A DNA stretch of 32,000 nucleotides, taken from positions 540,001 through 572,000 of the forward strand of contig CP060232.1 of the NCBI GenBank assembly GCA_023898645.1, read 5' to 3'. Below, piece after piece: positions 17,084-24,511 of this stretch; positions within the stretch are counted from its first letter, which is position 1; each line of letters starts with the position of its first letter. The translations under genes were made by a program, and so were the position numbers. This stretch comes from Candidatus Saccharimonadota bacterium. Its GTDB lineage: Bacteria; Patescibacteriota; Saccharimonadia; Saccharimonadales; Saccharimonadaceae. The notes below the pieces were generated by a model that worked only from the letters and a program-made list of their open reading frames with translations, made no database searches and was not told the DNA's origin.

Positions 17084-17563
17084 ATGCCTCGTAAAGTCAC
17101 CAAGAAGCTCCAGCGTGAGCTCAAACCTGACCGCAAATACCAGTCAATCCTTGTGCAGCGACTTATCAACAAGTCTATGCTAGATGGCAAGAAACTCGTT
17201 GCTGAACGTGCTGTTTACAGCGCACTAGAGCAGGCTGCCAAGAAATTGAACAGTGAAGAGCCACTGGAAGTATTTGAAAAAGCACTTAAAAACGTCAGCC
17301 CGAATTTCGAGGTTAAATCTCGTCGTGTCGGCGGTGCCAACTACCAGATTCCATTCGCCATCCAAGGTCATCGTCAACTACACTTCGCTTTCAGCTGGTT
17401 GGTTCAATCAGCTCGCAAGCGCAGTGGCATGCCATACGAAAAGCGCCTAGCCGCTGAAATCGTTGATGCATACAACGAAGCCGGTGCTGCCTTCAAAAAG
17501 AAGGAAGACACTCACAAAATGGCAGAAGCAAACCGCGCGTTTGCACACTTTGCCCGCGGATAA
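17084..17563 (+). CDS. rpsG: 30S ribosomal protein S7
   Basis: Typical S7 sequence (KSRRVGGANYQIP..., ANRAFAHF). It begins 2 nt after rpsL, with AAGGAGG inside the end of rpsL. Confidence 0.97.
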   Translation: MPRKVTKKLQRELKPDRKYQSILVQRLINKSMLDGKKLVAERAVYSALEQAAKKLNSEEPLEVFEKALKNVSPNFEVKSRRVGGANYQIPFAIQGHRQLHFAFSWLVQSARKRSGMPYEKRLAAEIVDAYNEAGAAFKKKEDTHKMAEANRAFAHFARG

Positions 17564-17580
17564 TTATGTCCGCAACTTCA

Positions 17581-17612
17581 AAAATCTCCGCCTACACGTG
17601 CGGAGATTTTTG
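17581..17612. terminator. Bidirectional rho-independent terminator
   Basis: AAAATCTCCGC (17581-17591) pairs with GCGGAGATTTT (17600-17610). It lies between rpsG and the convergent hsp20 gene. Confidence 0.85.
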
Positions 17613-17619
17613 TATGAAA

Positions 17620-18042
17620 TCATTTCTTACTCTTTACCGAAATCTTCTTTGGCTCGGGTAGGGGCGTGAGCGGTACTTTTACTTTTAGCACGCCATTTTC
17701 CAGCTGGGCGTCGATTTTATCGGCGTCGGCTCGCTGGGGTAGCTGGATGCGCCTATAAAAGGTACTACTGCTTTCGTGCACGACGTATTTTCGCCCTTTA
17801 TGCTCTTCTTTTTCGTGGCGTTGTGCCGACACTACAAGCGCGCCGTTGTCGACCTGGACAGTCACGTCGTCTTGCTCAAAATGAGGCAAGTGCGCCTCTA
17901 CGATCAAATCATTGCCGTCTGTATATACGTCGGTGGTCGGTAAATTTACACCGCTAAGCGGACTCAACCAATCATTGCTAAAAAATTGTCGCTGCAACGC
18001 TTCCATGTCGGCGAACGGATCGTATTTTTGTATATTTGCCAT
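17620..18042 (-). CDS. Hsp20/alpha-crystallin family small heat-shock protein
   Basis: Alpha-crystallin domain (DVYTDGNDLIVEAHLPHFEQDDVTVQVDNGALVVSA...FYRRIQLPQRADADKIDAQLENGVLKVKVP). The start is taken at MANIQ (ATG at 18042), 7 nt after AGGAGG. The longer ORF-track start at 18096 precedes that RBS. Confidence 0.9.
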   Translation of the reverse strand: MANIQKYDPFADMEALQRQFFSNDWLSPLSGVNLPTTDVYTDGNDLIVEAHLPHFEQDDVTVQVDNGALVVSAQRHEKEEHKGRKYVVHESSSTFYRRIQLPQRADADKIDAQLENGVLKVKVPLTPLPEPKKISVKSKK

Positions 18043-18136
18043 GTATAACCTCCTTTGTGCCCACGTACTCCGTGGGATAAACATACTCTTATACATATAT
18101 ATTATAGAGAGGCAGAGGGAGTGAAACTGAGGATAA

Positions 18137-18385
18137 TCATACAGAAACGACCGGCAGCGACTCTACCGGTACGTCAAGGATTTGGGCGAGCTTGTCGATT
18201 TTTTGAAACTTGCAATATTTGATGGCTGAGCCGTCTGCGCGGTAAATGCGGTAGTAATGATCGTAGTGAATCGTTTCATCCTTGAAGTTTTTGGCTTTCG
18301 TCGGTTCGTCAATGCGGCGTATGAACCAGCCATCTGGTTCGTCCGAAAGAATTCTTTTTATCTTTGCGTAATGGTTAAATGCCAT
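18137..18385 (-). CDS. Hypothetical small cytoplasmic protein (82 aa)
   Basis: This is the last gene of a tightly packed three-gene minus-strand unit, with a 3 nt gap to the upstream gene. I recognised no motif. Confidence 0.55.
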   Translation of the reverse strand: MAFNHYAKIKRILSDEPDGWFIRRIDEPTKAKNFKDETIHYDHYYRIYRADGSAIKYCKFQKIDKLAQILDVPVESLPVVSV

Positions 18386-18388
18386 GAC

Positions 18389-18727
18389 TCAGCGTAGTAT
18401 TGTCACCTGCAAAAGTGCAATGAAGACAGCTAGCACAGTAATGCCATACACCTGCAGGGCAGCTGTTCCGTCTGATGGTGGTAAATGCCCGGCACGAATA
18501 CTTTTATCTGTAATCCGATAACGACCGTAGCCAACGACTGCAACCAAAATGCCAAGAAATAAGACTAGAATTCCAGGAAGCGGTGTATTCTGATGAAATG
18601 CCGTTAATGCGATGCCGCCTGCTTCGATAGTGAGGCCTGTGCGCACCCAGGCAAGTAGCGTGCGTTCGTTCGCCAATAAAAAGCGTACGTCGACGTCTAG
18701 CTCTTCTTTTTTGCTTATTTTATTCAT
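18389..18727 (-). CDS. DUF202/YidH-family small membrane protein
   Basis: The DUF202 signature RFLLANERTLLAWVRTGL is followed by hydrophobic spans. The start is taken at MNKISKK (18727), because the longer ORF would overlap the upstream gene, which ends at 18751. Confidence 0.7.
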   Translation of the reverse strand: MNKISKKEELDVDVRFLLANERTLLAWVRTGLTIEAGGIALTAFHQNTPLPGILVLFLGILVAVVGYGRYRITDKSIRAGHLPPSDGTAALQVYGITVLAVFIALLQVTILR

Positions 18728-18750
18728 AAATTCAGTGTACCACGAAACTT

Positions 18751-19359
18751 TTACAGGTATGGTTCGCCGTCTTTGGGGCTTATGCCGAATTCTTCTGGCT
18801 TGATGTTCCGCCTGTCGTATACGATTCCCGATGTGCGTCTCGACGAAGACACTTCGATTTTCGTGTATGCATGTTGCCATGGTGTATCACCACTGGCCTC
18901 GAGTTCTACAATTTCGGTAGCTTTGCTTATAAGAGATGTCAGCGAATTTCGTAGAATATCTTCTTGCTTTGCATTCGTGGATTCGCGAGTGTGGACAAAT
19001 TCCGAGCGTTGGTTGCGCACTAATGGCCAGGTTGTTACAACTGGCATATGGATATACCTAAGCCGTCCACCGAAAGACAAATCTAGTTGCAACGGCATGT
19101 CCTCGTGCTCTAAGTGAAAACTGAGAAACAGGCCATTTTTGAAGAGTGCAGCCCGTACCAGCCCTAACTCCGTCTTATTAAGCGTCGAGAGCTTGTGTAT
19201 ATTATAGTTATCCATTAGGCCGTTCGTTTTTTGTAAAGACGAGTCAGGGCCTGCGGCGAGCTCATGCACGCGATCAATCATTTCTCTGCGCTGAGTTCTC
19301 TCGATACTCTCGCGCTCAATGCTCCACTTACGGTTCGTGCTGTTCTCATGCTCCGACAT
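18751..19359 (-). CDS. Hypothetical protein (202 aa)
   Basis: AAAGGAG lies 4-5 nt upstream of the ATG. This is the first gene of the three-gene unit. It has no TM segment and no motif I recognise. Confidence 0.6.
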   Translation of the reverse strand: MSEHENSTNRKWSIERESIERTQRREMIDRVHELAAGPDSSLQKTNGLMDNYNIHKLSTLNKTELGLVRAALFKNGLFLSFHLEHEDMPLQLDLSFGGRLRYIHMPVVTTWPLVRNQRSEFVHTRESTNAKQEDILRNSLTSLISKATEIVELEASGDTPWQHAYTKIEVSSSRRTSGIVYDRRNIKPEEFGISPKDGEPYL

Positions 19360-19410
19360 AGCGCTCCTTTGTTCAGATTAGTACCATTGTATAACAAACA
19401 AATGGTAATC

Positions 19411-19419
19411 TGATAAACT
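19411..19419 (+). promoter_or_regulatory. Extended -10-like element (TGaTAAACT) 7 nt upstream of the yajQ ATG
   Basis: TG is at 19411-19412 and TAAACT at 19414-19419. Seven nt (TATAGAT) follow before the ATG at 19427, and there is no SD. Confidence 0.35.
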
Positions 19420-19426
19420 TATAGAT

Positions 19427-19921
19427 ATGGCAACATTTAGTTTTGATATAGTTTCGGAATACGACAAAGCCGAAATGAACAACGTATACCAGCAGGTAGA
19501 GCGAGAAATCGCAAATCGCTACGACTTCAAGGGTTCACCAGCCAGTATTGAATGGCTGGCTGACAAAAAAGGCTTCAAAGTTATAGGAAGCAATAAATGG
19601 CAAGTTGATGCTGTCATCGACATTGTTCGAAAGAAGCTATCTGCGCGCGACATCAGCAGTAAGGTTCTTGACCTCAGTAAGAACGTAAATGAAAGCAACC
19701 TCAAGGCGACTAAAGAAGTGCCCTTTGTCGAAGGATTAGACCAAGACAAAGCCAAGAAAGTCTCTGCGCTTATACGTGAGAAATTTCCAAAGGTTAAACC
19801 GCAGATTCAAGGCGAAGCCGTACGAGTAACGAGCGGCAGCAAAGACGACTTGCAGGCTGTGATGACAGCTGTCCGCGCAGCTGATTTTGACTTCGTGACA
19901 AGCTTTACGAACTATCGTTAA
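19427..19921 (+). CDS. yajQ: YajQ-family (UPF0234) nucleotide-binding protein
   Basis: The N-terminus MATFSFDIVSEYDKAEMNNVYQQVEREIANRYDFKGS matches the YajQ family pattern (SFDIVSE...R(Y/F)DFKG). Length is 164 aa. Confidence 0.88.
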   Translation: MATFSFDIVSEYDKAEMNNVYQQVEREIANRYDFKGSPASIEWLADKKGFKVIGSNKWQVDAVIDIVRKKLSARDISSKVLDLSKNVNESNLKATKEVPFVEGLDQDKAKKVSALIREKFPKVKPQIQGEAVRVTSGSKDDLQAVMTAVRAADFDFVTSFTNYR

Positions 19922-20442
19922 ATAAACATGTCTATAACAAAGGCGAGACCGATTACACCGATGATCCATCCGCCGATGATGTCGCTCACGTAGTGAGCCC
20001 CTAGGTAAACGCGCGAGACGCCAATCATAAAGCACACGACAAGCGCTACCGCCCACGCGGCGATAGTAAGCTCTGGCCACCTGTTGCCTATGATGAGCGC
20101 CGCCATAATGAAGCTGACTAACGAACCTGCGGCATGGCCACTTGGAAAACTAAATGTTTTGATAAACATATTTTTTGAGTAGTCGGTTATTGGTCGTCGC
20201 CTGCGTAAAACGAGCTTGAGTAAACTGCCGAAGGCTATCGTGACGAAGGCGATGATACCAGCAGTCTCATAGAGCGGCTTGTCTAAAGCAAAGCCGTACC
20301 CGAACGCGATAGCTGCGACACCAACAGTGACCGGCGGTTCGCCAATCCAGCTAAATAAGTGCATGACGGGGTGCATCCACGATGGCAAATCTGTAATCCA
20401 GTGACCTACAACTCTGTCAAACGCGTGGATGGCTCGTCTCAT
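19918..20442 (-). CDS. PAP2-superfamily lipid phosphatase
   Basis: All three PAP2 motifs are present: KLVLRRRRP (KxxxxxxRP), PSGH, and SRVYLGAHYVSD (SRxxxxxHxxxD). The protein has multiple TM spans. Confidence 0.85.
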   Translation of the reverse strand: MRRAIHAFDRVVGHWITDLPSWMHPVMHLFSWIGEPPVTVGVAAIAFGYGFALDKPLYETAGIIAFVTIAFGSLLKLVLRRRRPITDYSKNMFIKTFSFPSGHAAGSLVSFIMAALIIGNRWPELTIAAWAVALVVCFMIGVSRVYLGAHYVSDIIGGWIIGVIGLAFVIDMFI

Positions 20443-21170
20443 GCTTTGCGAAAGACCCTTGCGGTGGACTTATTGACAGGAACTTTCGCTAGTGGCAACA
20501 CGCGCCATACTAGCACAAGGGCGAGTAACACAGCGAAACCACACATGATCGATGGAATTGCGGCCAGTGTGGATGGATCAACGATATTCGCGAACGTTGT
20601 TGGTACGATGAAAGCCGAGTAGCCGGCCGATGTCCATGTGAGAGCAGCTGCTGATTTTTTATTTCGTTTTGCCAATATTGCGGCAAGAAATACAGTCACC
20701 AGTAGCCAGCCATAGTAATATACGGCATACCACAGCGCACCGAAGCCATGAACGTCAAAAATAGCATAATTTGGAGCGCACTCTCGACTGACTACGGTGT
20801 CGACACCTATAACAAAGTACGCCACGTATGCCGCAGCCGTACCGTATGCCAACCACACAAGTGATCGCATAGACTTATTAGCCTTGCCGAGAGTAGTGAC
20901 TAAATGCAGTCCTAGTGCCGGTAGCACGGTGATTGCGACATATCCTGTTCGCACCCATTCAACATGCCCCAGACCCAATCCGCCGCATATCATATATTCT
21001 GCGAGCTGAAATACTCCGAGCCCAACTAATATTGACGTGACAAGACGCGACACAGTCGTCATTTTATAGCGCCATAACGTGTAAAACGCTAGAGAAAATT
21101 CAATGAGAAGCGTCGCCAGCATGACCGGAGGAGAGAAACACCATAGTTTGTTGTTATATTTCTTATACAT
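20439..21170 (-). CDS. Polytopic membrane protein, unknown function
   Basis: Several hydrophobic spans are present. Its stop overlaps the PAP2 start (ATGA, 20439-20442), which implies translational coupling. Upstream, TATACT lies 6 nt from the ATG and there is no SD. Confidence 0.7.
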   Translation of the reverse strand: MYKKYNNKLWCFSPPVMLATLLIEFSLAFYTLWRYKMTTVSRLVTSILVGLGVFQLAEYMICGGLGLGHVEWVRTGYVAITVLPALGLHLVTTLGKANKSMRSLVWLAYGTAAAYVAYFVIGVDTVVSRECAPNYAIFDVHGFGALWYAVYYYGWLLVTVFLAAILAKRNKKSAAALTWTSAGYSAFIVPTTFANIVDPSTLAAIPSIMCGFAVLLALVLVWRVLPLAKVPVNKSTARVFRKA

Positions 21171-21202
21171 ATATTAAGTATACGGCATGCTAGGCGATTA
21201 TA

Positions 21203-21231
21203 TTGCATTAAAACGAAGCATCCTGTATAGA
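21203..21231 (+). promoter_or_regulatory. Promoter TTGCAT, 17 nt spacer, TATAGA; the -10 box ends 6 nt before the ATG at 21238
   Basis: TTGCAT is at 21203-21208 and TATAGA at 21226-21231, with no SD before 21238. This is leaderless geometry. Confidence 0.5.
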
Positions 21232-21237
21232 TGACGT

Positions 21238-22125
21238 ATGAGCCTTTCAGGGGAGCACATTGGAGAACCGGGCAACAATAAGCCTGATGATGAATGGTCT
21301 ATTGATGACGAATGGGCTGTTTTTAATGCGCAGCAAATCGAACAAGACGAACTAAATGCCCGTACCAAGGTTAAAGCGGACGAGATTATGGATGGCCTTT
21401 ATCAACGCTTTGATGAATACAATATGCCGCGAGTTATCGACTTTGATGAAGATCGCGAGACTGAACTGTTTCTAGAATACGTGCGCTCACGCCAAGACGC
21501 GAAAATTGAGGAGCTGCGATGGTCGCCCGAAGGTCTCGACGACGACGCTTTATGTGAAGCCTCACTCGCAATACTTAAAGACTACTACGAAGAACGAGAA
21601 TATCAGACGAAACTATTCAATTACGCGACGATGCTCATATATGTCACAACGAACCCTGAAGAATTTAGTGACGAAGATTTAGACGTCGATGAAATGAAGA
21701 TGAAGCTACTGGCGACGTTTCAAGTTCACTATAAACTCAGCCCTGAATGGATACGTTTCTTCGATGACGTGACACCGGGAGAAAAACGAAGATACCAGTA
21801 CCCGTTATTTAACGACTACATCGAAGAAGCTTTGGATACCTTGTCGCAATTCGAGTACGAACGTTCGCGGAGATGGATGATTATAGAGATAGCAAAGGAA
21901 ATACTTGGCGTAAACGAAGATGAAGACGACTTGTCTGATGTTTTAACGAATGTTTCACACCTTATAGAAATGCAATTTATCGCCAACACAACCGTAAACT
22001 CAGACTCTGACAGAGCGAACAGAAATGCGGATTTATGGGAATACGGCCGAGAAGTTGGGCTAGACAACGAGTCGCTCCGGTCGATCATCTCATTTTTCGA
22101 ACAGACTTATCAGATTGAGAACTAG
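21238..22125 (+). CDS. Highly acidic cytoplasmic hypothetical protein (295 aa)
   Basis: A long ORF with visibly D/E-rich composition (DDEWSIDDEW, EEFSDEDLDVDE, NEDEDDLSD). It has no TM segment or signal peptide and no recognisable motif. Confidence 0.6.
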   Translation: MSLSGEHIGEPGNNKPDDEWSIDDEWAVFNAQQIEQDELNARTKVKADEIMDGLYQRFDEYNMPRVIDFDEDRETELFLEYVRSRQDAKIEELRWSPEGLDDDALCEASLAILKDYYEEREYQTKLFNYATMLIYVTTNPEEFSDEDLDVDEMKMKLLATFQVHYKLSPEWIRFFDDVTPGEKRRYQYPLFNDYIEEALDTLSQFEYERSRRWMIIEIAKEILGVNEDEDDLSDVLTNVSHLIEMQFIANTTVNSDSDRANRNADLWEYGREVGLDNESLRSIISFFEQTYQIEN

Positions 22126-22222
22126 CATATACCCTCGAAATCTGCTAAAATACCCCTAGAGCGCTATTTTTTATGATTTAAAATAGCAAATAATACGTAA
22201 CAACAGAGGAATAATCGTTATC

Positions 22223-24307
22223 ATGGCAGCAAAAAACGTCCCTTTAGAGGACTTTCGTAACATCGGTATCATTGCACACATCGACGCCGGCAAGACTACT
22301 ACAACCGAAGGTATTTTGTACCGAACCGGACTAAGCCACAAGATTGGTGCTGTTCACGAAGGTGAAACAACAACCGACTGGATGGCACAAGAACGTGAAC
22401 GCGGTATCACGATTACATCTGCTGCCGTCACTGCATTCTGGAAAGACCACAAGATCAATATCATCGACACACCTGGTCACATTGACTTTACTGCCGAAGT
22501 AGAGCGTTCACTACGCGTGCTAGACGGCGCCGTAACTGTCTTTGACGGTAAAATGGGCGTTGAAGCACAGACAGAAACTGTTTGGCGCCAAGCAAACAAG
22601 TACGGCGTGCCTCGTATCTGCTTTATCAACAAGATCAACCAAATCGGTGGCGACTTTTATAAATCACTCGACAGTATTCACAACCGCTTAAGCAAACATG
22701 CGCTGCCTATCCACTTGCCAATCGGTTTTGAAAAAGAAATCAACGGTGTTGTAGATCTTGTAGACATGAAAGCCTACACATATAACGATTTTACTGACCA
22801 CGAACTTATCGTCGGTGAAATCCCTGCCGATATGCTCGAAAAGGCAAAGAATGCTCGCAGCCTGTTAGTTGAAGCTGCCGTCGAAGCCGACGACGAGTTG
22901 TTCGAACGATTCCTCGAAAAGGGTGAAGAGTCAATCAGCGTTGAAGAACTCAGGAGCGCACTTCGTAAGCGCGTCCTAGCTGGCGACTTCTACCTAGTCA
23001 CCGGTGGTGATGGCCGTGGCGTTATCGTCGAAAAGGTTCTTGACCTTGTAGTTGATTTCTTGCCAAGTCCACTTGACGTCGGCGCCGTACACGGTACCAA
23101 CCCAAAAACTGGGGATGTCATTGAACGCCAAGCTGACGACAAAGAACCTCTTGCCGCTTTGGCATTCAAAATTGCGACAGACCCATTTGTCGGACGTCTT
23201 ATCTTCGTCCGTGTATATAGCGGCAAATTAGCTGCTGGTTCATACGTACTAAACACTACTACTGGCGAAAAAGAGCGCATTGGACGTGTTGTTCGTATGC
23301 ATGCCGACAAACGAGAAGATATCGACGGCATCAGCGCTGGCGATATCGCGGCTGTCGTAGGCCTTAAGGGCACCTTTACTGGTCACACTCTATGCGACGC
23401 AGCAAACCCAATCACACTTGAGAGCATTACATTTCCAGAACCACCGGTGTCAATCGCCGTCGAACCAAAGACTAAAGCCGACCAGGAAAAAATGGGTATC
23501 GCTTTGCAGCGTCTTGCAGAAGAAGACCCAACCTTCCGAATCCACACCGATGAAGAAACCAACCAAACTATTATGTCTGGTATGGGTGAGCTACACCTCG
23601 ACATTCTAATTGACCGCATGAAGCGTGAATTTAAGGTTGAAGCAAACGTGGGTGAACCACAAGTAGCCTTCCGTGAAACAATTCGCGGCACCACAGAAGC
23701 GCAAGGTAAGCATGCCAAGCAAACTGGTGGACGTGGTCAGTACGGTGATGTTTGGATTCGTTTCGAGCCAAACGAAGAAGGCGAAGACTTTGTATTTGTA
23801 GACGCCATCAAGGGTGGTGTTGTCCCACAGGAATACCGATCAGCTGTTGAAAAGGGTGTTCGCGATACGCTAGCTGGCGGCGTTATGGCTGGCTACCCAA
23901 TGATTGGCGTCAAAGCGACTCTTTACGACGGTAGCTATCACGATGTCGACTCATCTGAACTTGCCTTTAACCTTGCTGCAATCTTGGCCGTACGCGAAGG
24001 CATCCCGAAGGCAAAACCTGTGCTACTCGAGCCTGTTATGCGCGTCGAAGTTACTACTCCTGAAGAATTCATGGGTGACGTGATTGGCGACCTTAACTCA
24101 CGCCGTGGCCGAATCGAAGCCATGGAAGACCTACAAGGTGGCGCTAAGCTCGTCCGTGCCATGGTTCCGCTTGCCGAAATGTTTGGCTACACTAACGACA
24201 TCCGTTCTATGAGCCAAGGCCGTGCGGCTTCTACCATGGAGCTTGCCGACTACGAAGAAGTTCCGCCAAATGTTGCGCAGGAAATCATCGAGAAGCGCAA
24301 GAAATAA
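22223..24307 (+). CDS. fusA: Translation elongation factor G, with atypical G4 and G5 motifs
   Basis: AHIDAGKTT (G1), RGITITSAA (G2) and DTPGH (G3) are canonical, as are the domain IV tip SYHDVDSSE and the overall length of 694 aa. G4 reads NKIN (22628-22639) rather than NKxD. The G5-equivalent reads GGDGRG (23003-23020) rather than GSA(L/F)K. Confidence 0.95.
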   Translation: MAAKNVPLEDFRNIGIIAHIDAGKTTTTEGILYRTGLSHKIGAVHEGETTTDWMAQERERGITITSAAVTAFWKDHKINIIDTPGHIDFTAEVERSLRVLDGAVTVFDGKMGVEAQTETVWRQANKYGVPRICFINKINQIGGDFYKSLDSIHNRLSKHALPIHLPIGFEKEINGVVDLVDMKAYTYNDFTDHELIVGEIPADMLEKAKNARSLLVEAAVEADDELFERFLEKGEESISVEELRSALRKRVLAGDFYLVTGGDGRGVIVEKVLDLVVDFLPSPLDVGAVHGTNPKTGDVIERQADDKEPLAALAFKIATDPFVGRLIFVRVYSGKLAAGSYVLNTTTGEKERIGRVVRMHADKREDIDGISAGDIAAVVGLKGTFTGHTLCDAANPITLESITFPEPPVSIAVEPKTKADQEKMGIALQRLAEEDPTFRIHTDEETNQTIMSGMGELHLDILIDRMKREFKVEANVGEPQVAFRETIRGTTEAQGKHAKQTGGRGQYGDVWIRFEPNEEGEDFVFVDAIKGGVVPQEYRSAVEKGVRDTLAGGVMAGYPMIGVKATLYDGSYHDVDSSELAFNLAAILAVREGIPKAKPVLLEPVMRVEVTTPEEFMGDVIGDLNSRRGRIEAMEDLQGGAKLVRAMVPLAEMFGYTNDIRSMSQGRAASTMELADYEEVPPNVAQEIIEKRKK

Positions 24308-24346
24308 CGCGCGCCTTTCGTATCTGATCACTTTAGACACGACATT

Positions 24347-24434
24347 AATCAAAGGTATCTGCACCAGCTTCTATATGTCCATTCTGGGCAAAAATCCAGA
24401 ATTGTGCAAAAAAGCCATTGCAATACCTTTGATT
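24347..24434 (+). other. Nested hairpin element in the intergenic region between fusA and the hydrolase gene
   Basis: AATCAAAGGTAT (24347-24358) pairs perfectly with ATACCTTTGATT (24423-24434). This encloses an inner hairpin, ATTCTGG (24381-24387) with CCAGAAT (24396-24402). No U-tract follows. Confidence 0.5.
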
Positions 24435-24511
24435 TAGGTGTATACCAGAGGTGGACGACATATCGACCTAAAAAAGTGCTAAATGTGGTTCGAAAGGAGT
24501 TTTGGGCCATC

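Noticed and set aside
18043-18096. Longer ORF-track starts for hsp20 (18096), the DUF202 gene (18880), the hydrolase (24404), tuf (25619) and the Cys-rich protein (31245).
   Set aside because: In each case the extension contains or precedes the obvious Shine-Dalgarno site, or overlaps the upstream gene (as with 18728-18880). Family homology starts at the internal Met.
18751-19359. The idea that the 202 aa protein next to DUF202 is a VTC/CYTH-like polyphosphate polymerase domain, because VTC and DUF202 co-occur in eukaryotic Vtc proteins.
   Set aside because: I could not find any of the VTC-like sequence features I remember in this protein. The association is only by analogy, so it remains 'hypothetical'.
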